The position numbers were made by a program, and so were the translations under genes. A DNA stretch of 31,991 nt. Source: Clostridia bacterium. Its GTDB lineage: Bacteria > Bacillota > Clostridia > Oscillospirales > Acutalibacteraceae. Every line of letters begins with the position of its first letter. The stretch's first letter is position 1. The notes under the pieces were generated by a model. The model made no database searches. It saw only the letters and a list, made by a program, of their open reading frames with translations, and was not told the DNA's origin. Of this stretch, positions 1 through 9,425 are shown one piece after another. Location: positions 1 through 31,991 of the forward strand of contig JAFVWD010000090.1 of the NCBI GenBank assembly GCA_017501865.1, given 5' to 3'.

Positions 1-63
1 AAGTAAAACACCTATTGTACTTTTACCTGCCGCGGGCATACCTATAAGCACTATATTTTTCAT
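1..63 (-). CDS. aroK: Shikimate kinase, 5' end only (runs off the window; not in the ORF track)
   Basis: Manual translation of the minus strand from ATG at 63 gives MKNIVLIGMPAAGKSTIGVLL, a Walker A motif (GxxxxGKST) in the typical shikimate kinase N-terminal context. RBS-like GAAGGTGAAGG lies just upstream. Confidence 0.8.
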   Translation of the reverse strand, partial: MKNIVLIGMPAAGKSTIGVLL

Positions 64-182
64 AACCTTCACCTTCTTTGTGCATAAAATTGAAAAATGC
101 ACAAATTTCCTGTCGTTTTTATTTGATTTTATCACTCTTTTTTAGAAAACTCAAGAATGGGTTTTTATAACCTCAATATCTA

Positions 183-211
183 TTGACAAAAAATATTGAG
201 TGCTTTATAAT
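183..211 (+). promoter_or_regulatory. Sigma70/SigA promoter of pflB-pflA
   Basis: Perfect consensus TTGACA(183-188)-N17-TATAAT(206-211). Confidence 0.85.
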
Positions 212-358
212 TTAGTTAATAAACCAAAAATCAACCCTCGGTTTTGTGCAATTTTTACATAAACCAAAAAACATTTTGAGTAGAAATTTTTCACTTGAAA
301 TTTCGGTTGATTTATCCACATTTTGATTTGCGTTTTACGCAGTAAAGGAGAAAACAAA

Positions 359-2593
359 ATGAATTTTGAACAATGGAACGGCTTCGTTGACGGTGAATGG
401 CGTCATATTATTGACGTAAGAGACTTCATTCAGAGAAACTACACTCCTTACCACGGCGATTCTGAATTTTTAAAGGGTGCTACTGAAAGAACAAAGAATT
501 TAACTAAAAAATTCTATGACCTCTGTGAGGAAGAGAAAAAGGCCGGCGGCGTGCTTGATATTGATACTGAAAACGTATCCTCTCTTTGCAGTTATGCACC
601 CGGCTACCTTGATAAAGAAAACGAGCTTATAGTCGGTGTTCAGACAGATGCACCTTTAAAAAGAGGGGTTCATCCGTTCGGCGGTATAAGAATGGCAAGA
701 GATGCCTGTAAGGCTTATGGCTATGAGCTTTCTCAGAAGGTTGAGGATTATTTCAAATACAGAACTACCCACAATGACGGTGTTTTCAGAATTTACACCG
801 ATGAAATGCGTGCTGCCCGTCACTGTGCTCTTTTAACAGGTCTTCCTGATGCTTACGGTCGCGGAAGAATAATAGGCGACTACAGAAGAATTGCACTCTA
901 CGGTATAGATGCACTTATTGAAAAAAAGAAAGAGGATAAGCGCTTAATCGGCTTAGAAAATGCTTCTGCAGAATCTATGAATTTACTCGAAGAGCTGTAC
1001 AAGCAAATTGAGTTCTTAGGTCTTCTTAAAGAAATGGCAAAAATGTATGGCTTTGATATTTCAAAACCTGCTTCAAATGCAAAAGAAGCAATTCAATGGA
1101 CATATTTCGGTTACCTCGCTGCTAATAAAGAGCAGAACGGTGCTGCTATGTCATTCGGCAGAACAAGTACCTTCTTCGATATTTATATCGAAAGAGATAT
1201 TGCTGCAGGTGTTCTCACCGAGGAGCAGGCGCAGGAGCTTATTGATGATTTAGTTTTAAAGCTTCGTATGTGCCGTCACTTAAGAACCCCTGAATATAAT
1301 GAGCTTTTCGGCGGAGATCCTATGTGGATTACAGAAAGTGTCGGAGGTATGGGTGAGGATAACCGTACTCTCGTTACAAAAACATCTTTCCGTATGCTTA
1401 ACACTCTTCGCACTCTCGGCCCTGCTCCCGAACCGAACCTTACTGTTCTCTGGAGCTACCGTTTGCCTGACGGCTTCAAAAAATTCTGTGCAAAGCTTTC
1501 TATAGAAACAGATGCAATTCAATATGAAAATGACGATTTAATGAGAAACGATTACGGCGATGACTATGCTATTGCCTGCTGTGTTTCTGCAATGAAGGTC
1601 GGCAAGCAAATGCAGTTCTTCGGTGCAAGAACAAACCTTGCAAAGCTTTTACTTCTTACTCTTAACGGCGGTGTTGACAATGTTTTCGGCACCAAGGTCG
1701 GTCCTCAGATGGATGTTATGGATGATGATGTTCTCGACTTTAATACTGTTATGGAAAGATTCAGAATTTACCTTTCATGGCTTTGCAGACTTTACGTCAA
1801 TACAATGAATACAATTCACTTTATGCATGACAAGTATGCATATGAAAGAACCCAGCTTGCACTTCATAATACCGATGTTGAACGTCTTATGGCTTTCGGT
1901 GTTGCAGGTCTTTCAGTTATTGCCGACTCACTTTCTGCAATTAAATATGCACGTGTTACTCCTATAAAGGATGAAGAAACAGGCCTTATTGTAGACTTTA
2001 AGGTTGAGGGTGATTTCCCTAAATTCGGTAATGATGATGAAAGAGTTGACCTGATTGCTCAGAACCTTATACGCGATACTATTACTGAGCTCAGAAAAAC
2101 TCCGACTTACAGAAATGCTATTCATACACTTTCTGTTCTTACCATTACTTCTAATGTTGTTTACGGTAAGAAAACAGGTGCTACTCCTGACGGCAGAAAA
2201 AAGGGTGAACCATTTGCTCCGGGTGCTAACCCGATGCATAACCGCGAAACGAACGGTGCGCTTGCTTCACTTAACTCTGTTGCAAAGCTTTCTTATTGCG
2301 ATGCGCGTGACGGTATTTCGAACACCTTCTCTATTGTTCCTGAGGCTCTCGGTAATAATATGGATGACAGAGTCGAAAACCTCGTAAGCATTCTTAACGG
2401 TTACTTCCTTAATAATGCCCACCACATAAATGTAAACGTTTTAAACAGAGAAACTCTCCTTAAGGCATATGAGCATCCGGAAGATTACCCGAACCTTACT
2501 ATACGTGTTTCAGGTTACGCGGTTAACTTCTGCAAGCTTTCTAAAGAACAGCAAAAAGAGGTTATTATGAGAACCTTCCACGAAGCAGTATAA
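359..2593 (+). CDS. pflB: Pyruvate formate-lyase (formate C-acetyltransferase)
   Basis: Contains the active-site Cys-Cys (IACCVSAM) and the glycyl-radical motif RVSGYAV. Start moved from 323 to ATG 359, which follows the RBS AAGGAG. Confidence 0.97.
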   Translation: MNFEQWNGFVDGEWRHIIDVRDFIQRNYTPYHGDSEFLKGATERTKNLTKKFYDLCEEEKKAGGVLDIDTENVSSLCSYAPGYLDKENELIVGVQTDAPLKRGVHPFGGIRMARDACKAYGYELSQKVEDYFKYRTTHNDGVFRIYTDEMRAARHCALLTGLPDAYGRGRIIGDYRRIALYGIDALIEKKKEDKRLIGLENASAESMNLLEELYKQIEFLGLLKEMAKMYGFDISKPASNAKEAIQWTYFGYLAANKEQNGAAMSFGRTSTFFDIYIERDIAAGVLTEEQAQELIDDLVLKLRMCRHLRTPEYNELFGGDPMWITESVGGMGEDNRTLVTKTSFRMLNTLRTLGPAPEPNLTVLWSYRLPDGFKKFCAKLSIETDAIQYENDDLMRNDYGDDYAIACCVSAMKVGKQMQFFGARTNLAKLLLLTLNGGVDNVFGTKVGPQMDVMDDDVLDFNTVMERFRIYLSWLCRLYVNTMNTIHFMHDKYAYERTQLALHNTDVERLMAFGVAGLSVIADSLSAIKYARVTPIKDEETGLIVDFKVEGDFPKFGNDDERVDLIAQNLIRDTITELRKTPTYRNAIHTLSVLTITSNVVYGKKTGATPDGRKKGEPFAPGANPMHNRETNGALASLNSVAKLSYCDARDGISNTFSIVPEALGNNMDDRVENLVSILNGYFLNNAHHINVNVLNRETLLKAYEHPEDYPNLTIRVSGYAVNFCKLSKEQQKEVIMRTFHEAV

Positions 2594-2595
2594 TT

Positions 2596-3294
2596 ATGAC
2601 AGGTAAAATTCATTCTTTTCAAAGTCTTGGTACTGCCGACGGACCCGGTGTCCGCTCAGTTGTATTTTTACAAGGATGTCCCTTAAGATGTGCTTGTTGT
2701 CATAATCCTGACACATGGGATTTCAACGGCGGAGAAAATGTCTCTGCCGATGAGATATTCAGAAAAATCAAGCGATTCAAGAACTATTTCGGTAAGGAGG
2801 GCGGTGTAACCGTTTCAGGCGGTGAGCCCCTCTTACAGCCCGAATTTATAATAGAGCTTTTTACACTTTGTAAAACAGACGGTATAAGTACAGCTGTTGA
2901 TACCTCAGGCTGTGTTCTGAACGAAAAGGTAAAAGAGGTTTTAAAGCTTACAGATGTTGTTTTGCTTGATTATAAATATGTTACCGATGAGCTTTATAAA
3001 GAAAATGTCGGTTGTGAAAAAGCTCACGTAGATAAATTTTTAGAATACCTTAATTCTCAGAATACAGATACCTGGATAAGACAAGTTATTATAAAAGACC
3101 TTAATAACAATGCTGATTCTGTAAAAGCACTCAAGGAATTAAAGAAAAAATATAACTGCATAAAAAAAATAGAGCTTTTACCATTCAGAAAGCTCTGCAT
3201 TGAAAAATATAAAAACCTCAACATTCCTTTTCCGCTTGCCGAAACAGAGGAAACAAGCAAGGCGGAAATTGAAAACCTTGAAAAATTCTTATAA
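2596..3294 (+). CDS. pflA: Pyruvate formate-lyase activating enzyme (radical SAM)
   Basis: CPLRCACCHNPDTW (CxxxCxxC) and SGGEPLLQ motifs; starts 2 nt after pflB. Confidence 0.96.
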   Translation: MTGKIHSFQSLGTADGPGVRSVVFLQGCPLRCACCHNPDTWDFNGGENVSADEIFRKIKRFKNYFGKEGGVTVSGGEPLLQPEFIIELFTLCKTDGISTAVDTSGCVLNEKVKEVLKLTDVVLLDYKYVTDELYKENVGCEKAHVDKFLEYLNSQNTDTWIRQVIIKDLNNNADSVKALKELKKKYNCIKKIELLPFRKLCIEKYKNLNIPFPLAETEETSKAEIENLEKFL

Positions 3295-3299
3295 AAATT

Positions 3300-3342
3300 A
3301 CTCAGGTGCATACCAAATAATATGCACCTGAGTTTTCTTTTT
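3300..3342 (+). terminator. Intrinsic terminator of pflBA
   Basis: ACTCAGGTGCATA / TATGCACCTGAGT perfect stem followed by TTTCTTTTT. Confidence 0.85.
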
Positions 3343-3368
3343 GTTGTTTTGTTTTCTATTCTTACAAG

Positions 3369-3589
3369 ATGATTCAAATTTAATTTTAAATGCAAAAGCC
3401 TTTTCTTTACTTTAAAGACATACAAAGATATGTCCGAGTAAATAAAAGGCTCTTTTGCTAAAATTATTTTGTTTTCTGATATATGATTCAAATTTAATTT
3501 TAGATGAAGAAGCCTTTTTCTTTACCCCGAAGGCGTACAAAGGTACGTCGAGCGGGTAAAAAAATGGCTTATTCGCTAAAATTATTTTG
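3369..3589. repeat. Two tandem imperfect ~105-bp copies (3369-3471, 3483-3589) of a long hairpin element
   Basis: Both copies start ATGATTCAAATTTAATTTTA and end GCTAAAATTATTTTG. Each has nested inverted repeats that are preserved despite sequence divergence. Confidence 0.85.
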
Positions 3590-4487
3590 AAGCATTTATT
3601 GCCTCTTGTAATTTTTCATTAGCCCTCGCCTGCGCAGCTTTTCTTTGCGCCTTTTTTTGGCGGGATTTGTAGGTCATAAGGTCACTTACGCAATCGTCGG
3701 GCAAATCGCAGTCACCGACAGAAAGAATATGCTTGTTGTAGAGACCTTTAAAGTTTGAACCACCTGTTGTGAGTAATTTGTGTGCCTTTGCGTACTTTAT
3801 AAGCTCCGCTTTTTGCTCTGCAGTCATATTTGGTGTGTAAACCTCTATGCCGTCAAGACCTGCCTCTACGAGCTTGTCCAGCAAATCAGGATTTTTTGAG
3901 CGATACGGATGAGTGAGAACAGCTATACCGCCTGCATCGTGAATTGCCTGAAGAACATCAAAAACGTCTTCATACTGAGGTGAATGATTTACAGACTTTT
4001 CACCATCGGGGCTGAAAAGCTCATCGTAAAGATCGCTGTAAATTTTATCTGCGAATCCCATTTCAATGAGTGCCTGCATTATGTGAACCTTATAAACGTT
4101 AGTTGAACCTGAAGCACATTTTGTAATGAATTCAGGTGTAACGGGATAACGTTGAGCCACCTTGAGCATCATAAAATGAGAAGATCTTTTTCTTAATTGT
4201 GAGTTTCTGCTGCAAAGACCTTCAAGTCTGTCAGGAAAATCAGGTAAATAACACATTAAGTGAATTTCTTGATTATTTGTTTTGTCTGTAGCCGAAAGCT
4301 CGACTCCCGGTACTACATTTACTCCCATTCTGTCTCCTATAATTTTCCCCCTGACAGTGCCTGCCAAACAATCGAGATCTGTAATGGCAATTGTTGAAAT
4401 ATTGCGTTTTTTAGCAAGTAATATAAGATCTTCAATTCCGAGTGAGCCATTAGAGAGTCTTGTATGGCAATGTAAATCCGCTGACAA
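3582..4487 (-). CDS. PHP-domain (YciV/TrpH-like) protein with degenerate metal-binding motifs
   Basis: Motifs DLHCHT, IAITDLD, GVELS, LTHP, DGIEVY, TGGSNFKG. Probable TTG start at 4487 after AGGA; the ORF track start is 4505. Confidence 0.85.
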   Translation of the reverse strand: MSADLHCHTRLSNGSLGIEDLILLAKKRNISTIAITDLDCLAGTVRGKIIGDRMGVNVVPGVELSATDKTNNQEIHLMCYLPDFPDRLEGLCSRNSQLRKRSSHFMMLKVAQRYPVTPEFITKCASGSTNVYKVHIMQALIEMGFADKIYSDLYDELFSPDGEKSVNHSPQYEDVFDVLQAIHDAGGIAVLTHPYRSKNPDLLDKLVEAGLDGIEVYTPNMTAEQKAELIKYAKAHKLLTTGGSNFKGLYNKHILSVGDCDLPDDCVSDLMTYKSRQKKAQRKAAQARANEKLQEAINASK

Positions 4488-4626
4488 AATAATCCATCCT
4501 TTCATAAACCTGTAAGGTAACTGTCACCTTGTACAAAATTTTAATAAAAATATAACTAATTTAACGGAGAAATGAGACTTTTTTAGAAAAAAAGCACACA
4601 ACCCCCTAATATATGATAGTGTATAT

Positions 4627-4655
4627 ATTTTATAACATTTTTTTAAAAATTTCAA
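4627..4655 (-). promoter_or_regulatory. Putative SigA promoter of the PHP gene
   Basis: Minus strand TTGAAA-N17-TAAAAT. Confidence 0.5.
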
Positions 4656-4745
4656 GAGGTTTCTTTTTCTTTTTTCTTAAAAAGACTTTTTTTGGATTAA
4701 ATTAATGGTAATATAGTCGGCTATAATAATTCCTTTCACACTAAA

Positions 4746-4774
4746 TTGATTTTTTCTGTTTTTTATGGTAAATT
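4746..4774 (+). promoter_or_regulatory. Putative SigA promoter of mnmA
   Basis: TTGATT-N17-TAAATT with a TG extension. Confidence 0.45.
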
Positions 4775-4806
4775 AACTTATATAATCCTGAAACCGAGGT
4801 ATTTTT

Positions 4807-5838
4807 ATGTCAAAAGTTTGTTATGTTGCTTTAAGCGGTGGTGTTGATTCTGCCGCGGCAGCACTCGTTTTAAAAAAACAGGGGTATGAGGTCAGAGGTG
4901 TTACTCTCCGATTAAAGCCCGACAATTCAGCAGATAAAGATATTGCCGATGCTAAAGCTGTTGCAGACTGTCTTGGCATTTCTTTTACCGTTCTTGACAG
5001 ACGCGAAGAGTTCAAAAGAATAACCGACTATTTCTGCAATGAATATTTAAAGGGCAGAACCCCAAACCCGTGTGTGGTATGTAACCCTACTATTAAATTC
5101 GGTGAGTTGGTAAAATACGCAAAGGAAAACGGTGCAGAATTTCTTGCGACAGGCCACTATGCCGATATTCTGAAAGACGAAAACGGAATTTTTTATATAA
5201 AAAAAGCTCCGTCAAGGAAAGACCAGAGCTACTTTTTATGCAAGCTTAATCAGGAAATATTATCCTTTGTACGATTCCCGCTTTCTGCCTATACTAAAGA
5301 AGAGGTTCGTGAGCTCGCACAACAGGCAGGGCTCAATGTCGCGGAAAAAAAGGACAGCCAGGAGGTTTGTTTTATTCCTGATGATGACTACATTTCTTTT
5401 ATAGAAAAAGAGAAAAGTCCGAAAGAAAATTTCGGAAGCTTCATTTCTTCAGATGGCGATATTTTAGGTGAGCACAAGGGCATATATAAATACACCATAG
5501 GTCAGAGAAAAGGACTCGGCGCATTTGGAAAGCCTATGTATGTTTTAAAGCTTGACGCAATAAATAATACTGTCACCGTCGGTGATAACAACGAGCTTTT
5601 TAAAGAGGAAATTGTTTGCGAGGATGTTTCATTTGTTTCGGGAACTATTCCTGAAGGCACACTTTTCTGTGATGTGAAAATCCGGTGTGCTGCAAAGCCT
5701 GCTCCTGCAACATTAACAATGGTAAAACCTTCCTCGTGCGTTATTAAATTTTCTGAACCTCAACGTGCGGCAGCCGCAGGTCAAACTGCCGCTATATATA
5801 ACGGAGATATACTCCTTGGTGGCGGAACAATAATATAA
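4807..5838 (+). CDS. mnmA: tRNA-specific 2-thiouridylase
   Basis: PP-loop SGGVDS, NPCVVCN, ATGHY, KDQSYFL, DSQEVCF, YTIGQRKGLG; RBS GAGG. Confidence 0.96.
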   Translation: MSKVCYVALSGGVDSAAAALVLKKQGYEVRGVTLRLKPDNSADKDIADAKAVADCLGISFTVLDRREEFKRITDYFCNEYLKGRTPNPCVVCNPTIKFGELVKYAKENGAEFLATGHYADILKDENGIFYIKKAPSRKDQSYFLCKLNQEILSFVRFPLSAYTKEEVRELAQQAGLNVAEKKDSQEVCFIPDDDYISFIEKEKSPKENFGSFISSDGDILGEHKGIYKYTIGQRKGLGAFGKPMYVLKLDAINNTVTVGDNNELFKEEIVCEDVSFVSGTIPEGTLFCDVKIRCAAKPAPATLTMVKPSSCVIKFSEPQRAAAAGQTAAIYNGDILLGGGTII

Positions 5839-5868
5839 ATACTAAACCCTGTAAAAAACAGGATATAA

Positions 5869-5907
5869 CAAGGGTTCTGTAGGCTTGTTAAGCCCACAGA
5901 ACCCTTG
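5869..5907. terminator. Palindrome between convergent mnmA and the LRR gene (probable terminator or REP-like element)
   Basis: CAAGGGTTCTGT-A-GGCTT gtt AAGCC-C-ACAGAACCCTTG. Confidence 0.65.
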
Positions 5908-5949
5908 ATGCTTATATTTTTTACTTTCTGCGTTTTTTACAGTCCCGCT

Positions 5950-8463
5950 TTATTTTTTAATGCTTTTACTTGCAGTGTAGCTGCTTGAGTTTTTTGCATT
6001 GAAGGCACGAACCGTGTACTTATATATCTTGCCTTTTTTTGCAGTCTTATCTGTGTATGCAAATGTTTTACTGCTGACATCGGAAAGAATACTCCATCCT
6101 GTCCATTTGCCGTTTACATATTCATTTCTGTAAACTCTGTAATTTTTAGTTCCTGCAACCTTGTTCCAGGTTACTTTAATACCGCTTGAAGCTTTTGTAA
6201 CTGTTACTGTAGGATTCAGCAAACGAATTACATTTGATGAAGCCTTGTAGCTGCTCTTTTTATCACCGTAAACAGCACGAACAGTATATCTGTAATATGT
6301 CCCTGCTTTTGCCTTTTTATCTACCCAGGCAGTTTTGTCAGCTTTTGCTGTACCACGGTTAGTCCAACCCGACCATTTTTTTGTCTTTGCATTGTAGGTT
6401 GAAGAGTAAACCGTATAGCCTGTTGCATTTTTGACTGTACTCCAGGTAACTTTTATACCATTGCTTACATTCTTTGCAGTTACCACGGGGGTTACATCAT
6501 ATTTCATACCCTTGGTAGCCTTGTACGGACCGTAATAGTCATAATTAACCGCACGAACTGTATAGCTGTAATAATTACCTATCACAACACCCGCATCTTT
6601 TAAAGTGGTTGCCTGAATGTTCGAGCCGTATTTCATCCAACCCGACCATTTTTTGGTTTTAGTGTTGTAGGTCCTTCTGTAAATTGCATATTTTTTTGCG
6701 TTTTCAATTTTATTCCAGCTTACAATTATTCCATCGGGGGTAATTTTTGTTTTTACTATAGGCATTTCTAAAGTGAATTTTTCTGTTTCGACAAAAGTGA
6801 ATCCATTTTCTACAGCATACTGTTCAGCACTACTGCCACTTACACCATATATTACAAAGTCCTCGACCTTTTCATATCCATTTATAGGATTTTTGATATA
6901 ACCAACGGATTTTTCGCCTATATTTATTACTGACGATGGAATAGTTACCGCTTTTAAGCTTTTACAATTTATAAAAGCTTTGTCGGCTATTGCTTCGGTT
7001 CCGTTTTTAACCATATAATGACCGCTTATATTATCATTTTCTGCACTGATGAGGTATTTGCTTATATAGATTGCGTGTGCACCCTTGGCTAATGCAGATT
7101 TACTGTAAGATGTATTATTAAACGCAGTTTTCTGTATGTGCTTTGCATTACTGTCGATTGAAACCGTAGTAAGGTTACTGCCGTCAAATGCGTAGTCACC
7201 TACATAAACAACATTCGCACCAATTCTGACATTATCAAGATATTGACAACCGCTGAATGCGTATTTCTCAATTCTGATTTTTGAATTCTCGTCAATTTCG
7301 AGTTCTTTGAGATAGCTTCTTGTAAATGCATGTTCTCCTATTACATCTACATTCTCGTGTATAACAATCCTGTTTAAGCTTTTAACTTCAAGAAAAGCAG
7401 AATCACCTATTGCTGTAACTGTTTCAGGTACTTCATATGTTCTTACCTCTTTGCCTAAAGGATACAATAATAATTTTGTCTCATCCTTGTTAAAAAGAAT
7501 ATTATCCTTTGCAGAAAAAACTGTATTTTCAGGTGATACCGTTAATTCCTTAAGCTCTTCACAATATCTGAAAACAGATGAACCTAATTCTTTAACACCT
7601 GCTGAAATTTCAAAGCTTTTAAGGCTCACGCAATTGTTGAACGCACTGTCACCGATAACCTCAACACCTTCGCCCAACTCAATGCTTTCAATTTTTTTAC
7701 AACTCTCAAAGGCATAGCTTCCTATTTCCTTCAAGCTACGGTTAAATGTGATTTTTTCTAATTTACGACACTCCTGAAATGCCGCTCTATCTATTTTTTC
7801 AAGATTTTGCGGCAGCTCTAATTCTTTAAGTCCGCTGTTGCAAAATGCATTACTGCCAATATTCTTTAAACTGTCAGACAAATCTATTTCTTCAAGATTA
7901 GCACAATACGCAAAAGCAAAGCTACCTATTTCAGTAACTGCATCAGACATTACGACCTCTTTAAGGGGCACACTGTAAAATGCATTACTGCTTATTTCTG
8001 TTACACTTTCAGGAATAGTAAAGCTTTCACCTTTTTTGCCTTCCGGATATTTCCTTATTTCTGTACCATCCTTACTGAATAACACACCATCTATTGCAGT
8101 GAGATGCTGATTTTCTTCTGATACGGTTATCTCCTCTAAGGCTATACAATTCTGAACACTGCACCAACTGACGTTCTTACCTAAATTCAATTTTTTGAGG
8201 GTATCGCATATATCACTATCATAATCCTCATCCGACTGCCAATGAAAAGCACCTGTTACAGGTAAGCTGTTATATTCATCGGGCACGGTTATTTCTGATG
8301 CTGAGGTATTATACCAATATGCCACATATGAATTCTCATTCTCACTTAAAACAAAGTTCAGCACATCATCTTCGAGGGCATAACCCTCTAAAATCATACC
8401 GGGTGAAAAAATGCCCGATATTATAAACAGTAAAAGTACACTTAAAGAAATAATTCTTTTCAT
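5950..8463 (-). CDS. Secreted BspA-type leucine-rich-repeat surface protein with C-terminal fibronectin type III-like repeats
   Basis: Signal peptide MKRIISLSVLLLFIISGIFS; many TpLRR/BspA repeats (e.g. IPESVTEISSNAF, LKNIGSNAFCN); three C-terminal repeats with WxKV...Y.VYR...W..W...YxYTVRA. Confidence 0.88.
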   Translation of the reverse strand: MKRIISLSVLLLFIISGIFSPGMILEGYALEDDVLNFVLSENENSYVAYWYNTSASEITVPDEYNSLPVTGAFHWQSDEDYDSDICDTLKKLNLGKNVSWCSVQNCIALEEITVSEENQHLTAIDGVLFSKDGTEIRKYPEGKKGESFTIPESVTEISSNAFYSVPLKEVVMSDAVTEIGSFAFAYCANLEEIDLSDSLKNIGSNAFCNSGLKELELPQNLEKIDRAAFQECRKLEKITFNRSLKEIGSYAFESCKKIESIELGEGVEVIGDSAFNNCVSLKSFEISAGVKELGSSVFRYCEELKELTVSPENTVFSAKDNILFNKDETKLLLYPLGKEVRTYEVPETVTAIGDSAFLEVKSLNRIVIHENVDVIGEHAFTRSYLKELEIDENSKIRIEKYAFSGCQYLDNVRIGANVVYVGDYAFDGSNLTTVSIDSNAKHIQKTAFNNTSYSKSALAKGAHAIYISKYLISAENDNISGHYMVKNGTEAIADKAFINCKSLKAVTIPSSVINIGEKSVGYIKNPINGYEKVEDFVIYGVSGSSAEQYAVENGFTFVETEKFTLEMPIVKTKITPDGIIVSWNKIENAKKYAIYRRTYNTKTKKWSGWMKYGSNIQATTLKDAGVVIGNYYSYTVRAVNYDYYGPYKATKGMKYDVTPVVTAKNVSNGIKVTWSTVKNATGYTVYSSTYNAKTKKWSGWTNRGTAKADKTAWVDKKAKAGTYYRYTVRAVYGDKKSSYKASSNVIRLLNPTVTVTKASSGIKVTWNKVAGTKNYRVYRNEYVNGKWTGWSILSDVSSKTFAYTDKTAKKGKIYKYTVRAFNAKNSSSYTASKSIKK

Positions 8464-9425
8464 TATTCTTCCTCCTTTATATCGTTATATATTGTAAAGT
8501 TGAAGCTTAAACCTTCGTAGCTTACTGTTACTATAATCTTCTGACTTTCGTCTGTAGTAATTTTTCCGGTAGTTATTTCACAGCTTTCCTTCGGAATTTC
8601 CTTTTCACTTCCGTCACTGTAAATACCGATAACACGAAAATCCTCTATAATATTTCCGTTTTCAAAATTACCATAAATTGAAATAATTTTTACTTCCTCA
8701 GAATTTTCAGAGTTTAAGGTACTCTCTTCTTCGCCATTAGCATTATTAGTTTCTCCCTGAGTTGTCTGCTCTTCTGTATATCCTTCAAGAGTTACAGCGG
8801 TAAGGTCATTATCTTTGTCAATACTTTCTTTATTCTCCGTCCACTCAGACACATCTGCCTCAGAAGTTAAATCTGTACCGTTATTATTGTCACCCTTCGA
8901 CGGTTTTTTATTTTCTTCAACTGAGGGCTTACCCGGTTTTTTTGAGGGATAAAAATTCCCCGGTTTGTAGTATTCTTCTGTAATATCCGCTTTTTCTTTT
9001 TCTGTAGTTGAAGGCTTCTCTTTGTTTTTGTCAGCTTGCGACGTGATTACCATAGCTGACTCACTCTCTTTTTCAACCTCAGGTGTCTCAAAATCAGAAA
9101 AATGAAGTACGCCTATTACCAGAACCAATGCCGCGGCAATAAAGGGTGCGTATTTTACAAGCATCCTACTTTTTCTCAAACGATATCTTCTGAAAAAGAT
9201 TTTTATATCAGGCGGTGCTACTTTAAGTGTGGCAGATTTGTTTTCTAACTCCTCAAGTAAAGAAATATACTCCTCTATTTTTGAAGCATCTGCTTCCTCG
9301 GGAGACTTATTCGTTTCTTCCGTCAGCAGTTCATTAATTTCTTTTATTACGGATTTTGTATATTTTTCATCATTCAGATTTTCTTCATTGCAAAAAGAAT
9401 TTTTAAGTGAATCCTTCAAGCTCAT
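8463..9425 (-). CDS. Single-pass membrane protein, probable anti-sigma factor with a low-complexity linker and a C-terminal Ig-like domain
   Basis: Overlaps the upstream ECF sigma gene by 4 nt. One TM segment (FIAAALVLVIGVLHF), an E/K/S/T-rich region, and a C-terminus YSDGSEKEI...IIVTVSYEG resembling a bacterial Ig-like fold. Confidence 0.65.
   Translation of the reverse strand: MSLKDSLKNSFCNEENLNDEKYTKSVIKEINELLTEETNKSPEEADASKIEEYISLLEELENKSATLKVAPPDIKIFFRRYRLRKSRMLVKYAPFIAAALVLVIGVLHFSDFETPEVEKESESAMVITSQADKNKEKPSTTEKEKADITEEYYKPGNFYPSKKPGKPSVEENKKPSKGDNNNGTDLTSEADVSEWTENKESIDKDNDLTAVTLEGYTEEQTTQGETNNANGEEESTLNSENSEEVKIISIYGNFENGNIIEDFRVIGIYSDGSEKEIPKESCEITTGKITTDESQKIIVTVSYEGLSFNFTIYNDIKEEE

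Noticed and set aside
244-262. Rex operator (TTGTGCAATTTTTACATAA) in the pflB leader
   Set aside because: Biologically plausible, but the right half-site and spacing fit TTGTGAA-N4-TTCACAA poorly.
218-358. ZMP/ZTP (pfl) riboswitch before pflB
   Set aside because: The hallmark GACTGGCG-like and CGCCTGGGC-like segments are not present.
1047-2387. Short alternative-frame and antisense ORFs inside pflB (1047, 1280, 1299, 1623, 1928, 2055)
   Set aside because: They are fully nested in a well-supported gene, with no RBS or recognisable motifs. The same applies to similar nested ORFs in mnmA, the LRR gene, the ligase, mnmG, GH2, fucI, oadB, GH38 and ectB.
3057-3491. 144-aa minus-strand ORF overlapping pflA
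   Set aside because: It is antisense to pflA and runs through the terminator and the hairpin repeat; no motif.
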